Below are positions 49,281 to 62,661 of a stretch of DNA of 64,000 nucleotides, one piece after another (within the stretch, counting starts at the first letter, position 1; each line of letters starts with the position of its first letter). The position numbers and the translations under genes were made by a program. A model generated the notes under the pieces. It ran no database searches and was not told where the DNA came from. It saw nothing but the letters and a program-made list of their open reading frames with translations. Origin of the DNA: Zootoca vivipara (taxonomy: Eukaryota); assembly GCF_963506605.1 (NCBI RefSeq), contig NC_083285.1, forward strand, positions 43,152,001 to 43,216,000, read 5' to 3'.

Positions 49281-50139
49281 CCTTATTTTCTCACAGGCTA
49301 AAATCCAGATCCATGTGAGCTCTCTCCCTGGTGCTGTCTCTCCTCCCACCAGAGCTTACCTTTTTCTTTCCTGCTGCAACAAGAATACAGTACAAGAGAT
49401 CAGCAGCAGCAGTTCCAGTCTGGAGACTTAGCAAGACTTAACACAGAGAGAGAGACTGCTTCTCCAGAGCTATTTCTTCACCTGTCTGCAAACATAACAA
49501 CTCAAGCCTCAAACTCTCACCAGACCAAAGCTACCAATGCTCTTTGGAAACGAGCCTCCAGCAGAAATTAACAGCGAAGAAGAGATTCAAACCGAAGGGA
49601 GCGGGAACTGTTTCAAGAAGTCAAACAAGAAAGAATGAGGGGAGTTTTTAACCTTTCGAAGCTTAAGAGATTTTGAAGGAATACTGCAAATAATTTTGCT
49701 GTCGCCAGCAGACACTTTTGTCCTTAAAAAAAAGACCCCTGATTTCATGCGGACTGCCAAATCAAGGGAAATGTTGAGAGACTTCTTGTAGAAAAGTTAT
49801 GGGGTATGCAAGAGACCAACTCTGGATGTGCAAGTTTTGATGGGGACATTCCCTCCATTTTATTCCTTCTACATTCACACCTATGCTCTCTCCCCCCTAG
49901 GGAGGAGGCAGAAAGGTTACCAGTAATTATTTTTTTCCTCACAGCCTTTCAGAGATATCTTACCTAAGTAAGAGCGCATGTTATTTTTTTGGAGAACAAA
50001 CAGTTGCACAGGAGAAATGAGAAAGCGCAGGACCCCCTGTGTATGATACCACAGACTGTATCCCTTTCTCACCTCTGTGCCTGAACTCTAGGAACTTTAT
50101 TTCTTTTCTTTTCTTAAAAAATAACCCACCTCTCCTTCA
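49280..50139 (+). other. PDGFB: PDGFB long 5' UTR (exon 1; TSS inferred ~30 nt after TATA)
   Basis: Interspersed-repeat-free ~0.9 kb between TATA and ATG, comparable to the ~1 kb mammalian leader. Confidence 0.6.
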
Positions 50140-50172
50140 ATGTGTCTGGAACTTCTGGGAATTGGAGTCGGC

Positions 50173-50229
50173 ATGAATTTCGGAGTGCTCTTCGTGTGTT
50201 TCTGCTACCTGCCACTCGTCAGCAGCGAG
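50173..50229 (+). CDS. PDGFB: Platelet-derived growth factor subunit B, coding exon 1 (signal peptide); may start at 50140
   Basis: GGAGTCGGC-ATG context as in human; MNFGVLFVCFCYLPLVSSE vs human [21 protein letters not shown]; phase-0 donor GAG|GTGAGT at 50230. Too short for the ORF track. Confidence 0.88.
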
Positions 50230-51784
50230 GTGAGTAATTTATTGTATTTCCTTAAGAAATGAGAAAGGAACACCTACCTGGTGAACTTCAGACTTGTGAT
50301 AAAAGTGTGAAAGCAAATGAGGGAGAACATTCTGCATAGGTGATTATCAGCAATGTATGTGTACAAAAGCGTTTAACGCATGGAGGGGGTCTCTCCCCCC
50401 CCCCAGATCAAGGAAACTAGAACAGATTTATGAAATCTCCTTTTACTTGAAAGAAAGCCTCATTGGAAGAAATCCTATTTGCTAAGAAATACGTTGTTGA
50501 ACCCAATGTTTAGGATTACAGCATTGCAGCGCAATCCTATGCCTGTTTACTTGAAAGTTCCCACAAATTCAATGGGATATATGCCTCAGCAGGTGTGAAT
50601 TAAATTGCAGCCTTAATCTAATCAGTAGCCAAACAGAAAGTGTATTATTGAAGGAGGAGGCTTGTGGGTTTCATTCCATGCAAACTTTTAATTACTTGAG
50701 CCAACCTGCTTGAAAAAGTAACTTGCTCTTTACAGCCTTCCCTCTGGTGTTTAGGTATTGTAGAGCCCTGGTTATGCAGACCAAATCTTCAGATTATCCA
50801 GTTCATTCTATGTCCCAACACTGATATTACCATGTAAGATAACACACATCTATAAATACTTATCATTGTTCCAATGTTTTGATAGTCCCTCCCATAGTTT
50901 TAGGGAGTAAGAGTTCTTATTTGCACTGCACTGTACCAGCCCCTCTGCCTCGGTGGCTCACGAATTGGCATCTTAGGGATTTTTACAGGCTCCTCAAAGG
51001 TAAAGCAGCTCTTCCACAAAGAAACCATATCAGATTGCCCCAGAGGATCAGTGAGATAGACCTTTGATGAAACCAGGCATTTCTACCTGGGAATTCTGCC
51101 CAGGTACCTGCTGCTGCAACGAGGGTGGGAAAGCATCTGGTAGTTTATAGGAGTCTGCAGAATATTATCATACTGCCTGGGGGAGTCAGACTGAACTGGA
51201 AAGCGCAGAGAATTTCTCTCTCTCCCAGGATGAGAGGTCAGACTAAAGGGAGTTGGATATTGCAGTTTTGGCTGGCAGCTGAATTCCAACTGGGGTTTAC
51301 TAGCGGAGGGCACAGTTTTCCAGCTGTTCCAAGTTGGAAACTGCCGCAGGAGGATCCTGTATCAGTTCCAAAGAAATGCCCAAGAGAAAAAAGAGGGAAT
51401 GCAGAGACTTGAGCTGGGGAGCGGTTCTTAAAGGGCCAGTGCTGCTTTATTTCATTTTCACTTTGAAGAGACGCCTACCAGATCTACATTCCATGCGTCG
51501 GACACTGCAGAACAAACACCAGATTTACACCAGGTGGGACCCAAAGTCCTTTGTTTTGAGGGCCACCACCTGGAGGTGGTGTATGGCGCCCCAACTTGAA
51601 CTCAGCTCTCAGACTGCGGCATATTCGAGCTCATTTAGCACTGGTTAGTTACCTCTCACAACCCTGACAGGTCAAGAGAGAAAAGGGGTTCGATTTTCTC
51701 AACAGTTTCATCCTCCGGGATAAATGGCAAAGTGAGGTTTCCGGTTGTGAATACAAAAGAACCCGGCGCGGCAAAATATTCCAG

Positions 51785-51873
51785 CATAGCTGCCAAGTTA
51801 TCCCTTTTTTAAGGGATTTTCCCTTATGCTGAATAGGCTTCCTCGCGAGAAAAGGGAAAACTTGGCAGCTATG
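51785..51873. mobile_element. 89-bp hAT-type micro-MITE
   Basis: Identical to the 10269 copy except one T in a T-run; perfect 8-bp TSD TATTCCAG. Confidence 0.9.
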
Positions 51874-52299
51874 TATTCCAGGTTAATTAATTCAGGGCAC
51901 AAGGCTGTTGTGATCTCAAGCATGTGCTCGTTAGTCAGCCTACCGAGGTAACTTATGGTCCTTGCTTTAGCGAGCATGTGCAGAGTAATATATCCAGAGA
52001 GGGGTCTGGAAACACGCAACAGGTTGTTAGGGGAATGGATCGCTGCCCGGGAGGCGCCTCCTGCTTCGATCTGGAGCCAGGGAAGGAAAAGAGCAGGAAC
52101 TCTGAGCAGGGGGCGTCCTAATCCTGCAGTCATGTTATTTGCAGAGGAAGCCGGAGCATGGCACAGGCAAGCATCAGCAAACTGTACGCGGTTCCACGAC
52201 GCCCTTTCCAAATAGGAAGCAGGAAAGGGGGGTGTCGAAGGGGTTAGGGGGTCATACCAGGGCTTAATTTGTGCCAAAGTTCACCAGCTGAGGAAGTCA

Positions 52300-52990
52300 G
52301 CGCCCGAGAGCTTCCAAAAAAACACCAGAAAACAAAAGCACCTCTGGGCATGGGCAGAGTTCCCTTCCCCCTAAGCCACCACGGCGCGCCTTTTCGTTTC
52401 AGGGCTGCTGCAGCCTCGACTTCCCACCCCAGATGGGCTTGGCTTATCAACGCCGCGCTCATTTTATATTTTAAGTAAATAACATTAAGTGCTTGCTCCT
52501 CTGGAGGGGAGGTGGGGAGGAGTGTGGCGTTTGGGAGCCAAGGCTTGGGAAGCAGCCAAGCCTCAGGTTGTTGTGCCCACAAACCTGCGCGAAGAATTCT
52601 CCTTTTGTTCTCTCTGGGAGAGCGCGCGAGGGAGGGAGGGTGGGAGGCGGAGGGGGCGCGTCACGCGCTCCCCACCCCCCGCCGTCCGGGCCTCCCTATC
52701 CCGCCCCGAGGGGGTCGCGAGAAGCAGGGGAATCAGGCGCGCGCGCCCCCGCCGGCAGCTCACCTTTGTCTGAGGAGGGCGGCGCGCGCCCTGCTCCTGT
52801 TACGCCAGGCTCCTCCTCGCTTTCCCGACCCAAAGCAACATGCCGTGGGAGGGGAAGGGCTTTCCCTGCATCATGGGGAGGTCTTCGCAAGGCAACGGTA
52901 GCTGGGGCGGCCCGTGTGTCCTGCACGCTCCCTACTTTCCCATTGTCCTCGGGACCTGCTCGAAGAAGGCGTTTTGTTGCCTGAGGCCAA
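52300..52990. promoter_or_regulatory. Intronic CpG island / candidate alternative promoter
   Basis: Dense CpG (GCGCGCG runs), GC-box-like motifs, G4-prone GGGAGGGAGGGTGGG; not TE-bounded. Confidence 0.75.
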
Positions 52991-54235
52991 GGGGGCCGGT
53001 GCTATCCTGAGTCCAGCTAGGCCTTTTGCACAGACCTCACAGGAGCGCGATACTGACCTTTGGAGGTGCAAAGTTTTATACATTTTGGTTGCATCTTATA
53101 TGTTTCGAATAATATCTTACTTTTCTATTTCGACATCTCCTTGTGACATTGCAATTAGCATTTTTTTTGGGGGGGGGAGGGAGTTTACGTGTGGAAGTGG
53201 TTAGGCTTGCCCAGGGTGCAAAATTGGCACCGGCAATTGCCTGAGGTGGCACAGCAAATTGTGACACAAATAGGCACCCATATTATACTCAAGAAGGGGA
53301 AATGCCCCAACAGCATTTCTTAGGAGAAAGCAAGCAAGCAATAATAACTAACAATTTGCTGACTTTTCATGAGACCGAAAAGGTAGAGTCCTCTGTAGGG
53401 GGTGAGCCTGCCTCTCCTTGCCCTCCTGCTGCTTGTGAGTGTGTTTATTTTTGCTTTGCAGGCAGATTTGGGTGGTTTTTAGTTATTTCCCTACCCCACC
53501 AAAGAAGCTACAGCACTCCATGGAAGTGTCATGGAAGAAATTCAACTGGTGATGCTTTTCTCAGCTTGAAGGTGCAGGGGTAGGAAAAGGTTCTACCTAG
53601 CAAGTTGGTTTTGCCTGTGGTGCACCTGCAAAAATAAATGAAGGCCAGTACTGGAGAGAGTTGGGTTTGGATTTGAGAAGGCTTGAGTTCAAATTTGAGA
53701 AGGGCTAAGTTAAGTTCCTGTTGAGCCATGACGTTCTCTTAAGTGACCTTGGGCTAGTCAGTATTTATCCTAGTCACAAAGCAGCAGCAATAAAATGGGT
53801 GAACTCTATGTGTATCTTGGCTTGAACTCCATTGAGGAAGGATGGTATATTAATAAGTCAGTCTTCACACACCTACACAGTGCTTCAACATTATTGCACT
53901 GGTATAGTTATACCTGTAACTCCAGGGAAGTATCCCTGCAATAAGCTTCAAGTTTACAGCGCCAACCTACAGCTTCTCTTTGTACACGCATCATAAACAT
54001 TTGTTTAGTGCAGTATATTTTATTTTGTCGTAATTACCGTACATTTTTTAAAAGGTTATAATATACTACACTAAAATTGCAATTCTGACCACACTTAGAA
54101 AGAAAGGAAAGAGCTCTATTGGATTCCATGTCATAGGAATGGGTTATAAGTTACCTTACGTTCTTCATCAGAATGTTAGCTTTCCTTTTTATCCTACCGA
54201 TGAAGAGATGATGTAATTTACACAATTCTATAGTA

Positions 54236-54612
54236 CAGGCAACAACCAATTTATGCACCCGAACCTGGAAGTGACTTTAAAAGTGGCAAAAATGGCCCTA
54301 AAAGAGCCCCCAAAGGGCACAAAAACAGCACCTAGCAACCCACGAGTCTTTGTAAGTGCAATCCCAGGAGCCCTTGCACCAATTGTTGAGGCTTGGGGAG
54401 AGTTGGTGTTTGAGCAAGGAGGTTTGGAGGGAGCGATTGTGGTGAAATTTGGTGTCTGATAAGTGCTACTGTTTTTTAAAGGGGTTTTCAAGTGTTTTTA
54501 GAAGTTAGAGGGTGTTTGCAGGTTTTCCCCAATGGAGTTTCAAATATACGCAATTTCACTTAAACGTGCAGTGCCTTGGAACGTAACTCCTGTGTTAATG
54601 GAGAGTTGCCTT
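54236..54612. mobile_element. Diverged Tigger/pogo-like MITE
   Basis: TA|CAGGCAAC...GTTGCCTT|TA. Confidence 0.55.
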
Positions 54613-56297
54613 TATACTTTTTTTCTCATACCATGCAGAGATCCGCTTCTCTAGCTTGGGGTTAGTTGGCTGTAAACCAGGCTACATCTTGCAGTCTACT
54701 TTGATCTCAGGTTATAGATATCAAAGTGCATGACATGTACATGTTGCATTATCAGTGAACTATGGTGGATATAAATTCTTCTTTAAAAAATGTGAGCTGA
54801 GGCCAGTTCCTATTGCATATATTCCAAAGCGTTCTGTATCTGAATACAAACATAATAAGTGCTATTCATGTATTTGCTTTATAGGCTGGTATCTAAGTAA
54901 AAATGTCCAGGTTAGTTAATGGCAAGAGATAATTTGTCCCACTGTGGCTAAAGTGTAATGGGAAGAATAAACCTTTCAAATGTTGCCTCCCCTTTTTATG
55001 CCAAGACATATACTTCTACGGTATTGTTTACAATCACTCTGTGAACCATTCATTAAGCTTCATGGCTATTCCAGTCCTATTCAAGCAAACATGTATGAAC
55101 TGACAAAGCACCTGCAAGCGAGCACCATGAATATATTGTTTTTAAGCATCCAAAAGTATGCAGGATGATTAATGAAGGCAAGTAAGGGCACAGTCTCTGC
55201 CCCTGAGGAGCATGCAGTTGCCATTGAAACATGGTATAGCAATGAATACACCAACAGAATGGGGTCTGCTAAGGAGCAGAATAAGTCTTTCTGAGACATC
55301 ATCAGTACACCATTGACACTGTAAGCTTGCATAGTGTGATGCACACTCACTTCAAGGGTTCACCTAAATTAAGGTGAGACATGGATCTCTGAGCAACCCA
55401 TAGACGTGCCTGCAGGTAGTCTTCAGGGAGAACACATTTGCTCACATGGACAAATTGTGGTCTCCTTTAGACGAAGATGTGGGATATAAATTTAATAAAA
55501 CAATTTGTACACAAGTCAGCTTCTTGGAGCAGAGATAGGCACAGTTGTTTCAATCATGTGACGAGAGCTCAAATATGTTCAGATCTGTTCCACATTATTT
55601 CCAAATGCACAATTTACCGTATATATACATGATCTAGGATTGGTTTGGCCACCACCGTATCTGAATGACTCAAAAGCTGTTCTCTAAATTAAACAAATGG
55701 CAGCCTTCTGCAACTTGGTGTCCTCTAAGTTGTTGGACAATGACTCCCATTATCCCTGACCTTTGCCATGCTCTCTAGGGCTGATGAGGACAGGAGTCCA
55801 ACAAAATCTGTAGAGCACCAGGTTAGCTCCATCCACACGGAAAAGCTGGGTTGCTGCCTCATTGACTTGGAGAAGTCCATGAAGTGAACCTGCACAGAAC
55901 CAAGTGCATGCTGCAGGCCCCATTCTCTTGCTGTCCTCAACTGGAGCATTACTATCACAGAACAACTTTACATTATTTCAGCTTCTCTGCTTGTCCTGCA
56001 ATCTACCACACTTCTTTTGCAAGCTACCCTTCCGACAGTGGTAGTCACTGGGGCAGCACATTGGTTGTAGAGCCCCAACACAGCATCTCTCCTTTACCAG
56101 TGTAGCCCAACTCCCAGCCATTCACTAATCAGCCAATTATTTCTGTGACACCTTAGCCACCCACATTCCCTACTTTTTTATTTGACTCCGTGCTCTGCAG
56201 GGAATAGCAGGGTAGAGAACATTTTTCAGCCTGAACGTCACATTTTCTCATGGGCAACCTTCTTGGAGGCGCATGTCAGTGGTGGCTGGGGCAGCAA

Positions 56298-56345
<48 letters not shown>

Positions 56346-56560
56346 TATTAGCCTGCCCATCTGCCTGGGTTGCCCCAGCCACTCTGGGCAGCTTCAAACA
56401 TCATAAAAACAGAGCGAAACGTTGAGCATTAAAAACTTCCCCATACAGAGATGTCTTTGGAGAGTTGTGTAGTTGTTTATCTGTTTGCATTTGATGTGAG
56501 GGCACTCCACAGGGTGGGTGCCACTACTGAGAAGGCCCTCTGCCTAGTTTCCAGTGACTA
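56298..56560 (-). mobile_element. L2-type 3' fragment with (ATT)n tail
   Basis: CCCAGCCACTCTGGGCAGCTTC...GAAGGCCCTCTGCC, the inverse of the 21020 copy. Confidence 0.65.
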
Positions 56561-59500
56561 GCAGGTCTGTACAGTAGGCTACAGTCCAGTCCTGCAAAAG
56601 TCAGAGCATGTACAACTCCTCATCCAGGCAAGCAAGAGGCATGATTTACAGCTCAAAGACACATTCCAGCCAAGCAAAAGAACTGGAGGAAGGTGCAGTG
56701 AAAGGCTAGTGAAGGGTGTGGTCAAATAGCAAGGCCTGGAGGGCTGCAGTTGACCCCAGGCCCGAGGTTCCCCATCCCTGGTGTACTGGGGCTAGGTCTG
56801 TGCCAGCTCAATGTTGTTCAGTTTTGGATGTTTTCCTCCACTCCCTTGCGCTGGGCTCAATAAATCCTCAGAACACACCCTGTTTTTGCATCTATGGCAC
56901 AAACAGCAACTGGCAATCCTGCAAAGATAGGAGGGGGTGCAAAAATCTTTAGAATTTACCCATTGACTCCTCAGTAGGAGTCTGGTGGGATAGATTCAAG
57001 TGAGGTAGTGGATGTGGGAAAGCCCCTCTCTTTAAAACTCCCACCAAACTGATATAAATCCTCCTCCTCCTTCATTAGAGTCAGCCCCCATGTGATGGAA
57101 AGGGAGTGAGTGGGTGTGAAGCCTTCCTTCCCCTGGCTGTCCCATTGTTATCCGGGCCATAAAGGGAAGCAGTTGGAGATGCGGGCTGCACTGCGGTTGT
57201 ATAGACGCAGCCGATTGTATTTCTTCCCAAAGCAGTAAACATTTCTCTTTCCTTGATGGATCGTGTAATCTAGGTTTGAAAGGAAATGTGTCCCTGTGCC
57301 ATTTGGCCCAATCCTACTTGGCGTACTCATCCCCCGGCACGTACAGGCACATGCTCACACATACGCATTGTCACTTGGATCTGGGATTAGGTTGCAGGAA
57401 TTCCACCCCCTGACAAGACATGTATCCCCTTGCAGAAGACAGCACCTGCCTGCTAGGAAATCCCTGTATGTTAGAGGAGCAGACAAAGTACCAGAGCAAA
57501 TAAAAGTATGTGAAGGTTGCTCAGATGAGGCGGCACCCGAAACAGCAAAGCAGAGTGTACGTGTGTCTTCCTCTCCATCAGCTGATGTGTGGGACTAGGA
57601 GAGAATGACGTTTCCAGGACTCTCCAAAAGTGCATCATGCTGATGGGGGGGAAATCCCTCCAGTTTGCTTTTATTTGAAGACCTGCCATTTGCATGAAGG
57701 ATAGCTGGGAGTAAAGGTCCTCTGATCATCTTGGTTGGCGAGGACTGAGGGTTAGAATGTCAAAGGTGAACCAATACTAGAGAGAGAGAGAGGGAAAGAA
57801 AATCCAAATTCTTATTTTACAAGACCATCGTTAAAATGGCATTTCTCTCTTCATGAAGAACAGACTTCTTCAGGAAGAGGATTTCACTGACATATGAAAG
57901 GGAGATAGTTTGTCAGGTTTCCCAGAGGTGACCACCCATTGCTGGGTGTGGCAGCAGAAGGGTTAAAAGGCATTTCCCCCAAATGCGGAAGCCATGGCCT
58001 TTGGGTATCTCTTGCTAGGTTCTGCTGGGACTCGTTGATGTTGCTCCATGCTGAGGAATGTCACGGTGCTTCCCCACCACCACCCCAAGCACAATTTTGA
58101 GAAATGACATCTTCAAAAAAAGGTTAAAAATCTGCTTTGCTCTTCCAGTCCTCCAGGTGTGCAGAATGCACGCACCCCACCCTGGTATAGCATAGAGCTG
58201 CAGCAGTTAATCACTTGTAAGGCACAGGTTTCCAAAAGCTCGGCTGGGACCTTGTGGGTGGGCTGTCAGGTTGGCAAGAGTGAGGGTATCAACCTGGCAT
58301 TGCCTGGGTCACATTTTCCGCATTGTCAGTTTAGGGTTCCCCCTCCCCCTCACTTCACGCTATCATTTTGTTTCCTATGAGGAAAGGAAATGTTTTGGCT
58401 TAAACAGAATGATCTGTTTAGAAGTGAAATAAACTGCCTTAAGGGAGGAGAGGAGCCAGTACCAAGAGGGCATGTATGGCTTTTGTCTCTTTCAGTTCCT
58501 TAATGAGGTAGGCCAGGAGTTACTTGAATTGCTCTTATTTCTTGGAACAAAAGAAACAAACTGGGAGCAAGGGAAGGTGTTAGAGCTTTCCCCTGCAGTT
58601 TGCAAACCAGAAGGCGTCCTTTTCAATCTCATCTTCCATGACACTGGCCTGACACTCTAGAATCAATGACTTTTCAAATAAAACGGAACGTAGAAATGCA
58701 CTTGGTGTTCCGCTCTGAGCCTTGAGAACTTCTTCTTCTTCTGCTACCACCCCCAGACTCCAGTTTCACAATCTTTGTTTCCTTGGGGCCATGATGTCAG
58801 GATGAAATATATTTCCGGCCGGAACCTCAGAATAACCATGAGGAACTACTGAGCTGTAATGGGGCTGCTATGGGGAACGTTGTGGAGCTGCATAGCTCAT
58901 GCCTCCCTTTTTTCATGGGAACTTCCCAGGACTTTGCAGCACTCCCACATTCATATGGATTTGGCAAAAAGGTGTGGCTCCTAAGCCTTCCCTTGATCAC
59001 AGTCTATTATATCATGCCTACAGGGTACTAAACTGGCTGGCTTTTCCATTCCTACCTTCGCAGACTTTATTATATATGGTCCATGACACAAAAAATGTCA
59101 AGGAGGGGGGAAAGTGATTCTGTGCTGGCCCTACTATTTGACAGAATGAAGCAGCTGCCTTGGGCAGCTGATTTCGGATGTCACAAAAAGGCAGCAAATT
59201 TTATTATTGCTGTATTTTACTTCCAGGAAGGGAGATGCTTGGAAGATTTTCTGCCTTGAGTGCCATAATATTTTGGGTGGCCTTGGGTTCTAGTCACCTT
59301 GGGGGGGGGAACTACTCTTAAGGCTAAAAGAGCAGTAGATGTTGTAGAACATTGAAATAATCCAAAGATATGTGACTCTTTTAGAACTTTGGAAACCAAG
59401 ATAATCTCTGATTGTGATTTTAGATAGGACTGAATTGCACAGGTTAGTTGGCAACAAAAAGGGATGTAAAATAGTCCAAATTTGGAACTTAGCTGCTAAG

Positions 59501-62287
59501 CAGTCCAAAGGTGCATGGCTCCAGAGTCCTCTTGAGAAACAGAAGGGAATATGCAATGTGTCCCCTGTGATTGGCAGACATTGCAAACTCTTGGATTGGC
59601 CTGGATAAGGATCAATACTAAGAGTCTGACTTGCTGTAAGGGCCGGTCTTGCCATGAAGGCGGGTTAAGTGATCTACTTCTGGTAAGCACCACTGTCAAG
59701 GGTTGCAGAGGCGGTAGAGCATTTGCTTTGCATGCAGAAGGTCTCAAGTTCAATTCCAAACAGCTCCAGGTAGGACCAGGAAAAACACTTGAGACGCACT
59801 CCTAAAACTTCCTGTGCCATTCATCTCTTGTGCTAGGTGGGGTGATGCAGGCAGCAGCAGGCACACGGTTGCTGAATTTAAGCAGGCTGATGAATGGTGC
59901 TGGCAATGGGAAAGCAGAATGGCAGGCATCAGGGCTGGCAAGTGTCTCTGGCAGGCTTCAAGGGAAACAGATATGCTTTGGGAGGGGGCAGTGAATAGAA
60001 GATGTGGGTCGGTGAAAGTATAGGCAGCATAATCCCTAGGCAGAAGAGCTGGGGTCCAGATCCAAAAGACCCAGTGCTCAGCTTCCCTGAGCCACCCACT
60101 GACAAGACCCCCAATGCAGACTTTATAATATTTTAAAGTCTGAATGTGGAGTGTTGTTAGGGAAGCCAAGCACTGTAGTGGAAGGGGGAGGGAGAAAGGA
60201 GTGATAGATGAAGGCAGGAGCTGGTGTCCAAAGGGTGCAGATTAGACTTTTCAAAGTGTTGCCTTCAGCATGGCTGGGGGCATGTGGGCTTTGCTTCACA
60301 CAGCAGAATGGGTTGGGCCAGCACTGCTTGGTGCTCTAGCCAGGGCAGCAGAACAGAAACCCTCTTTCAAGACTTCATCCCTGGCTCAGATTCCTCAGAT
60401 CAAGAAGTTTACTGCAGGGACAACCCTGGGTTGTAGAACACACACTCCGCATCTGGTTCCTGGCATTGTCTTCCGCCCAGCCCAGCCCTCACAAGCAAAG
60501 TCCATGAGCCGCTGTTGAAAAAGTGTGTGAGTGCTCTTCTACTGGCTGTGTGGCTGCTGTCTTGTGACTAGCGACCATAATAAGTAAGGCTGCGCCTGCC
60601 AGTACATACTGTCCACTGGGGAAACCGTAAGAAGGGAAGGCAAGGCAGACAAAGAGATATAAAAATGGCTGGGCTAGGACTTTGCAGCCTTGCAGCAATG
60701 CAAGGCCAGCCCTGAGGCACTTGATAGCCAGCCAGGCAACAGTCTTCTTTGATCCACAGAGCAGTTAAAAGGAGATCATTAACCTGTTCTGGGCATATAC
60801 CTTTCCAAAAGCAGAGAAGAAAGTAACTCCAGCTATCCTGATTGGCTCATGGACAGGCTCTGCCTCCTTGTTGCCATTCCACCTTTCTCCCAGCTAATTC
60901 ACAGACTCATGTGCATGAGTGGATTGTTCATTGTTTGCACTGGGCACCTTTCCTTATCAGGCTTATGAATGTCTGCTTGTCTGGAACCTGTATGTATAAT
61001 TGCCTGCCCACAGCGCCTCTTCTAAACTGGGCTCTGTGACATCAGTTTACTGGGACAGTTTGAAACAAACCAGTTTCCTGTTGATAAGTGTAGAAAGCAG
61101 TAAAAGAAGCACCTTCATTCACACATGGAGCCCTTCTGTGCAGACGTACACCCTTTCAGCCCAATCCGAAGCATGTTTACTGGGAACGTACACCTGAATT
61201 TAATGGTACTTTTTGCTAAGCAAGTGTTCATAGAGCTTCAGCCTTCAGAACTGATCCAAAGAGAGAATAAAGAGTCTTTGTGGCCCAAGCCCCTCTGTGA
61301 GACAGAGGATAATGTACTTTACAAGCTGGGTGTGTTGACATGCTTTGGTCCTACTGATAACATCTCTGACAAGAAAAACTTGGCACCTAAACCCACCTCT
61401 CTGAACAGGGAGTGGAGCTCTAATTCATGTAATCAGTTCTTTTGCATGTTGGCCTCGCATGATCTTCTTTTGCAATTCCTCCAGTAGAGCTTTGATCCAT
61501 AAACATCCATCCAATTTTCCTTCCTCCCCTGTTCTCACAGGAGCATATTGCACTTCTCAGTAGCCCTTCAGCATTTGCTCACGTCTCGGAGGTTCCTGAG
61601 TTTAAAATAAAGTTCTATATTCCATGTATTAAGTATCAGGAAGCGCCAGAGTCATCCGAGTGTAATTGCTCTATTAAGTCACAACTGCTTTTCCTGGCAG
61701 GTGCAACACTTTCTACATGTTTCTGTTTATATGTTTTCCCTGGTTAAGCTCACACCAAGACAGTTCTTTGGGGTGTTGAGAGCAGGATATGCAATATTTC
61801 ACCACGACATCACTCATGCTATTTCCCCTAGCTACTGATTCCGGAGGGAGATGTGTGTTCTCTGGCCATATCTACCCCGCTGCCAACTGGCTTAACAATT
61901 ATTCTCTTTCCCCTGGGGAATCTATGAATTGTGGGCTTTTCTGCAGGACCAGAGATTTGCTACTGGTACAGAAAAATTCTTAGTACCTTACTCTCTGGGT
62001 TCTTTTGTGGGAAGGCAGGATGGTTTAACTTGCTTGTAAGTGAGGGTTGGCTCTTCATTGCCATGATCCCCCTGCAGATATAGATAACACAAACAAACCC
62101 ACAAATATACAGTACTGCAGATTGTCTGACTTACTAGCATAATCCCAAAAATATATACATGTTCATTATCTCCTCTCCATTACAAAGCTTCCTAGTCCTA
62201 GGGTCAAAATATCTCCTAAGTTGTTCAGGCGATGGTCATCCCCCATCACCTTGTGTGTCAGCCTGCCATATACTTGTTGTTGTTGGG

Positions 62288-62288
<1 letters not shown>

Positions 62289-62327
<39 letters not shown>
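62289..62327. repeat. (GT)n microsatellite
   Basis: About 19 GT units. Confidence 0.95.
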
Positions 62328-62328
<1 letters not shown>

Positions 62329-62414
62329 ATTTTTAGGCTGACCTTGAGCTAGAGGGAGGGGGAAACATCATGACACTTTTACTTCCCCCTTGTGTTTTTG
62401 CTGTCCCTTATATA

Positions 62415-62661
62415 CAGGGGCATAGCAAGGGAGGGACGTAGGGGGCACTTCGCCCCGGCAGTGCGATCCTGAGGGCGCCAAGGCGGTTGCCCTGGGCGCA
62501 CCACCCACAGAACGCACGCCCCACCCCTATGGGCAGCGCGGCCCGCCCCCAGAACGTGCACCACGCCCCTACAGGTGGCGCGCTACACCCCCAGAATGCG
62601 TGCCAGCCCTGCCCCCGCCTGCTCTCCACCCCCGGTGCCAGAGAATGAAGCTACACCAGTG
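62415..62661. mobile_element. GC-rich hAT-like MITE
   Basis: CAGGGGCATAGC...GCTACACCAGTG termini; CCCTTATA repeated on both flanks (2-bp offset on the left). Confidence 0.65.

Noticed and set aside
52870-52886. ATCATGGGG resembling the human alternative first exon (..IMG..)
   Set aside because: The following GT is a weak donor and in the wrong phase for exon 2
52489-52984. Overlapping GC-rich ORFs (up to 163 aa)
   Set aside because: Stop-codon scarcity in a CpG island; low-complexity R/G/P/A content
61530-62090. Candidate PDGFB exon 2 acceptors (61540, 61700) and a DPPADI-like string at ~62065
   Set aside because: None gives GDPIPE-like sequence after an AG; exon 2 probably lies beyond the window
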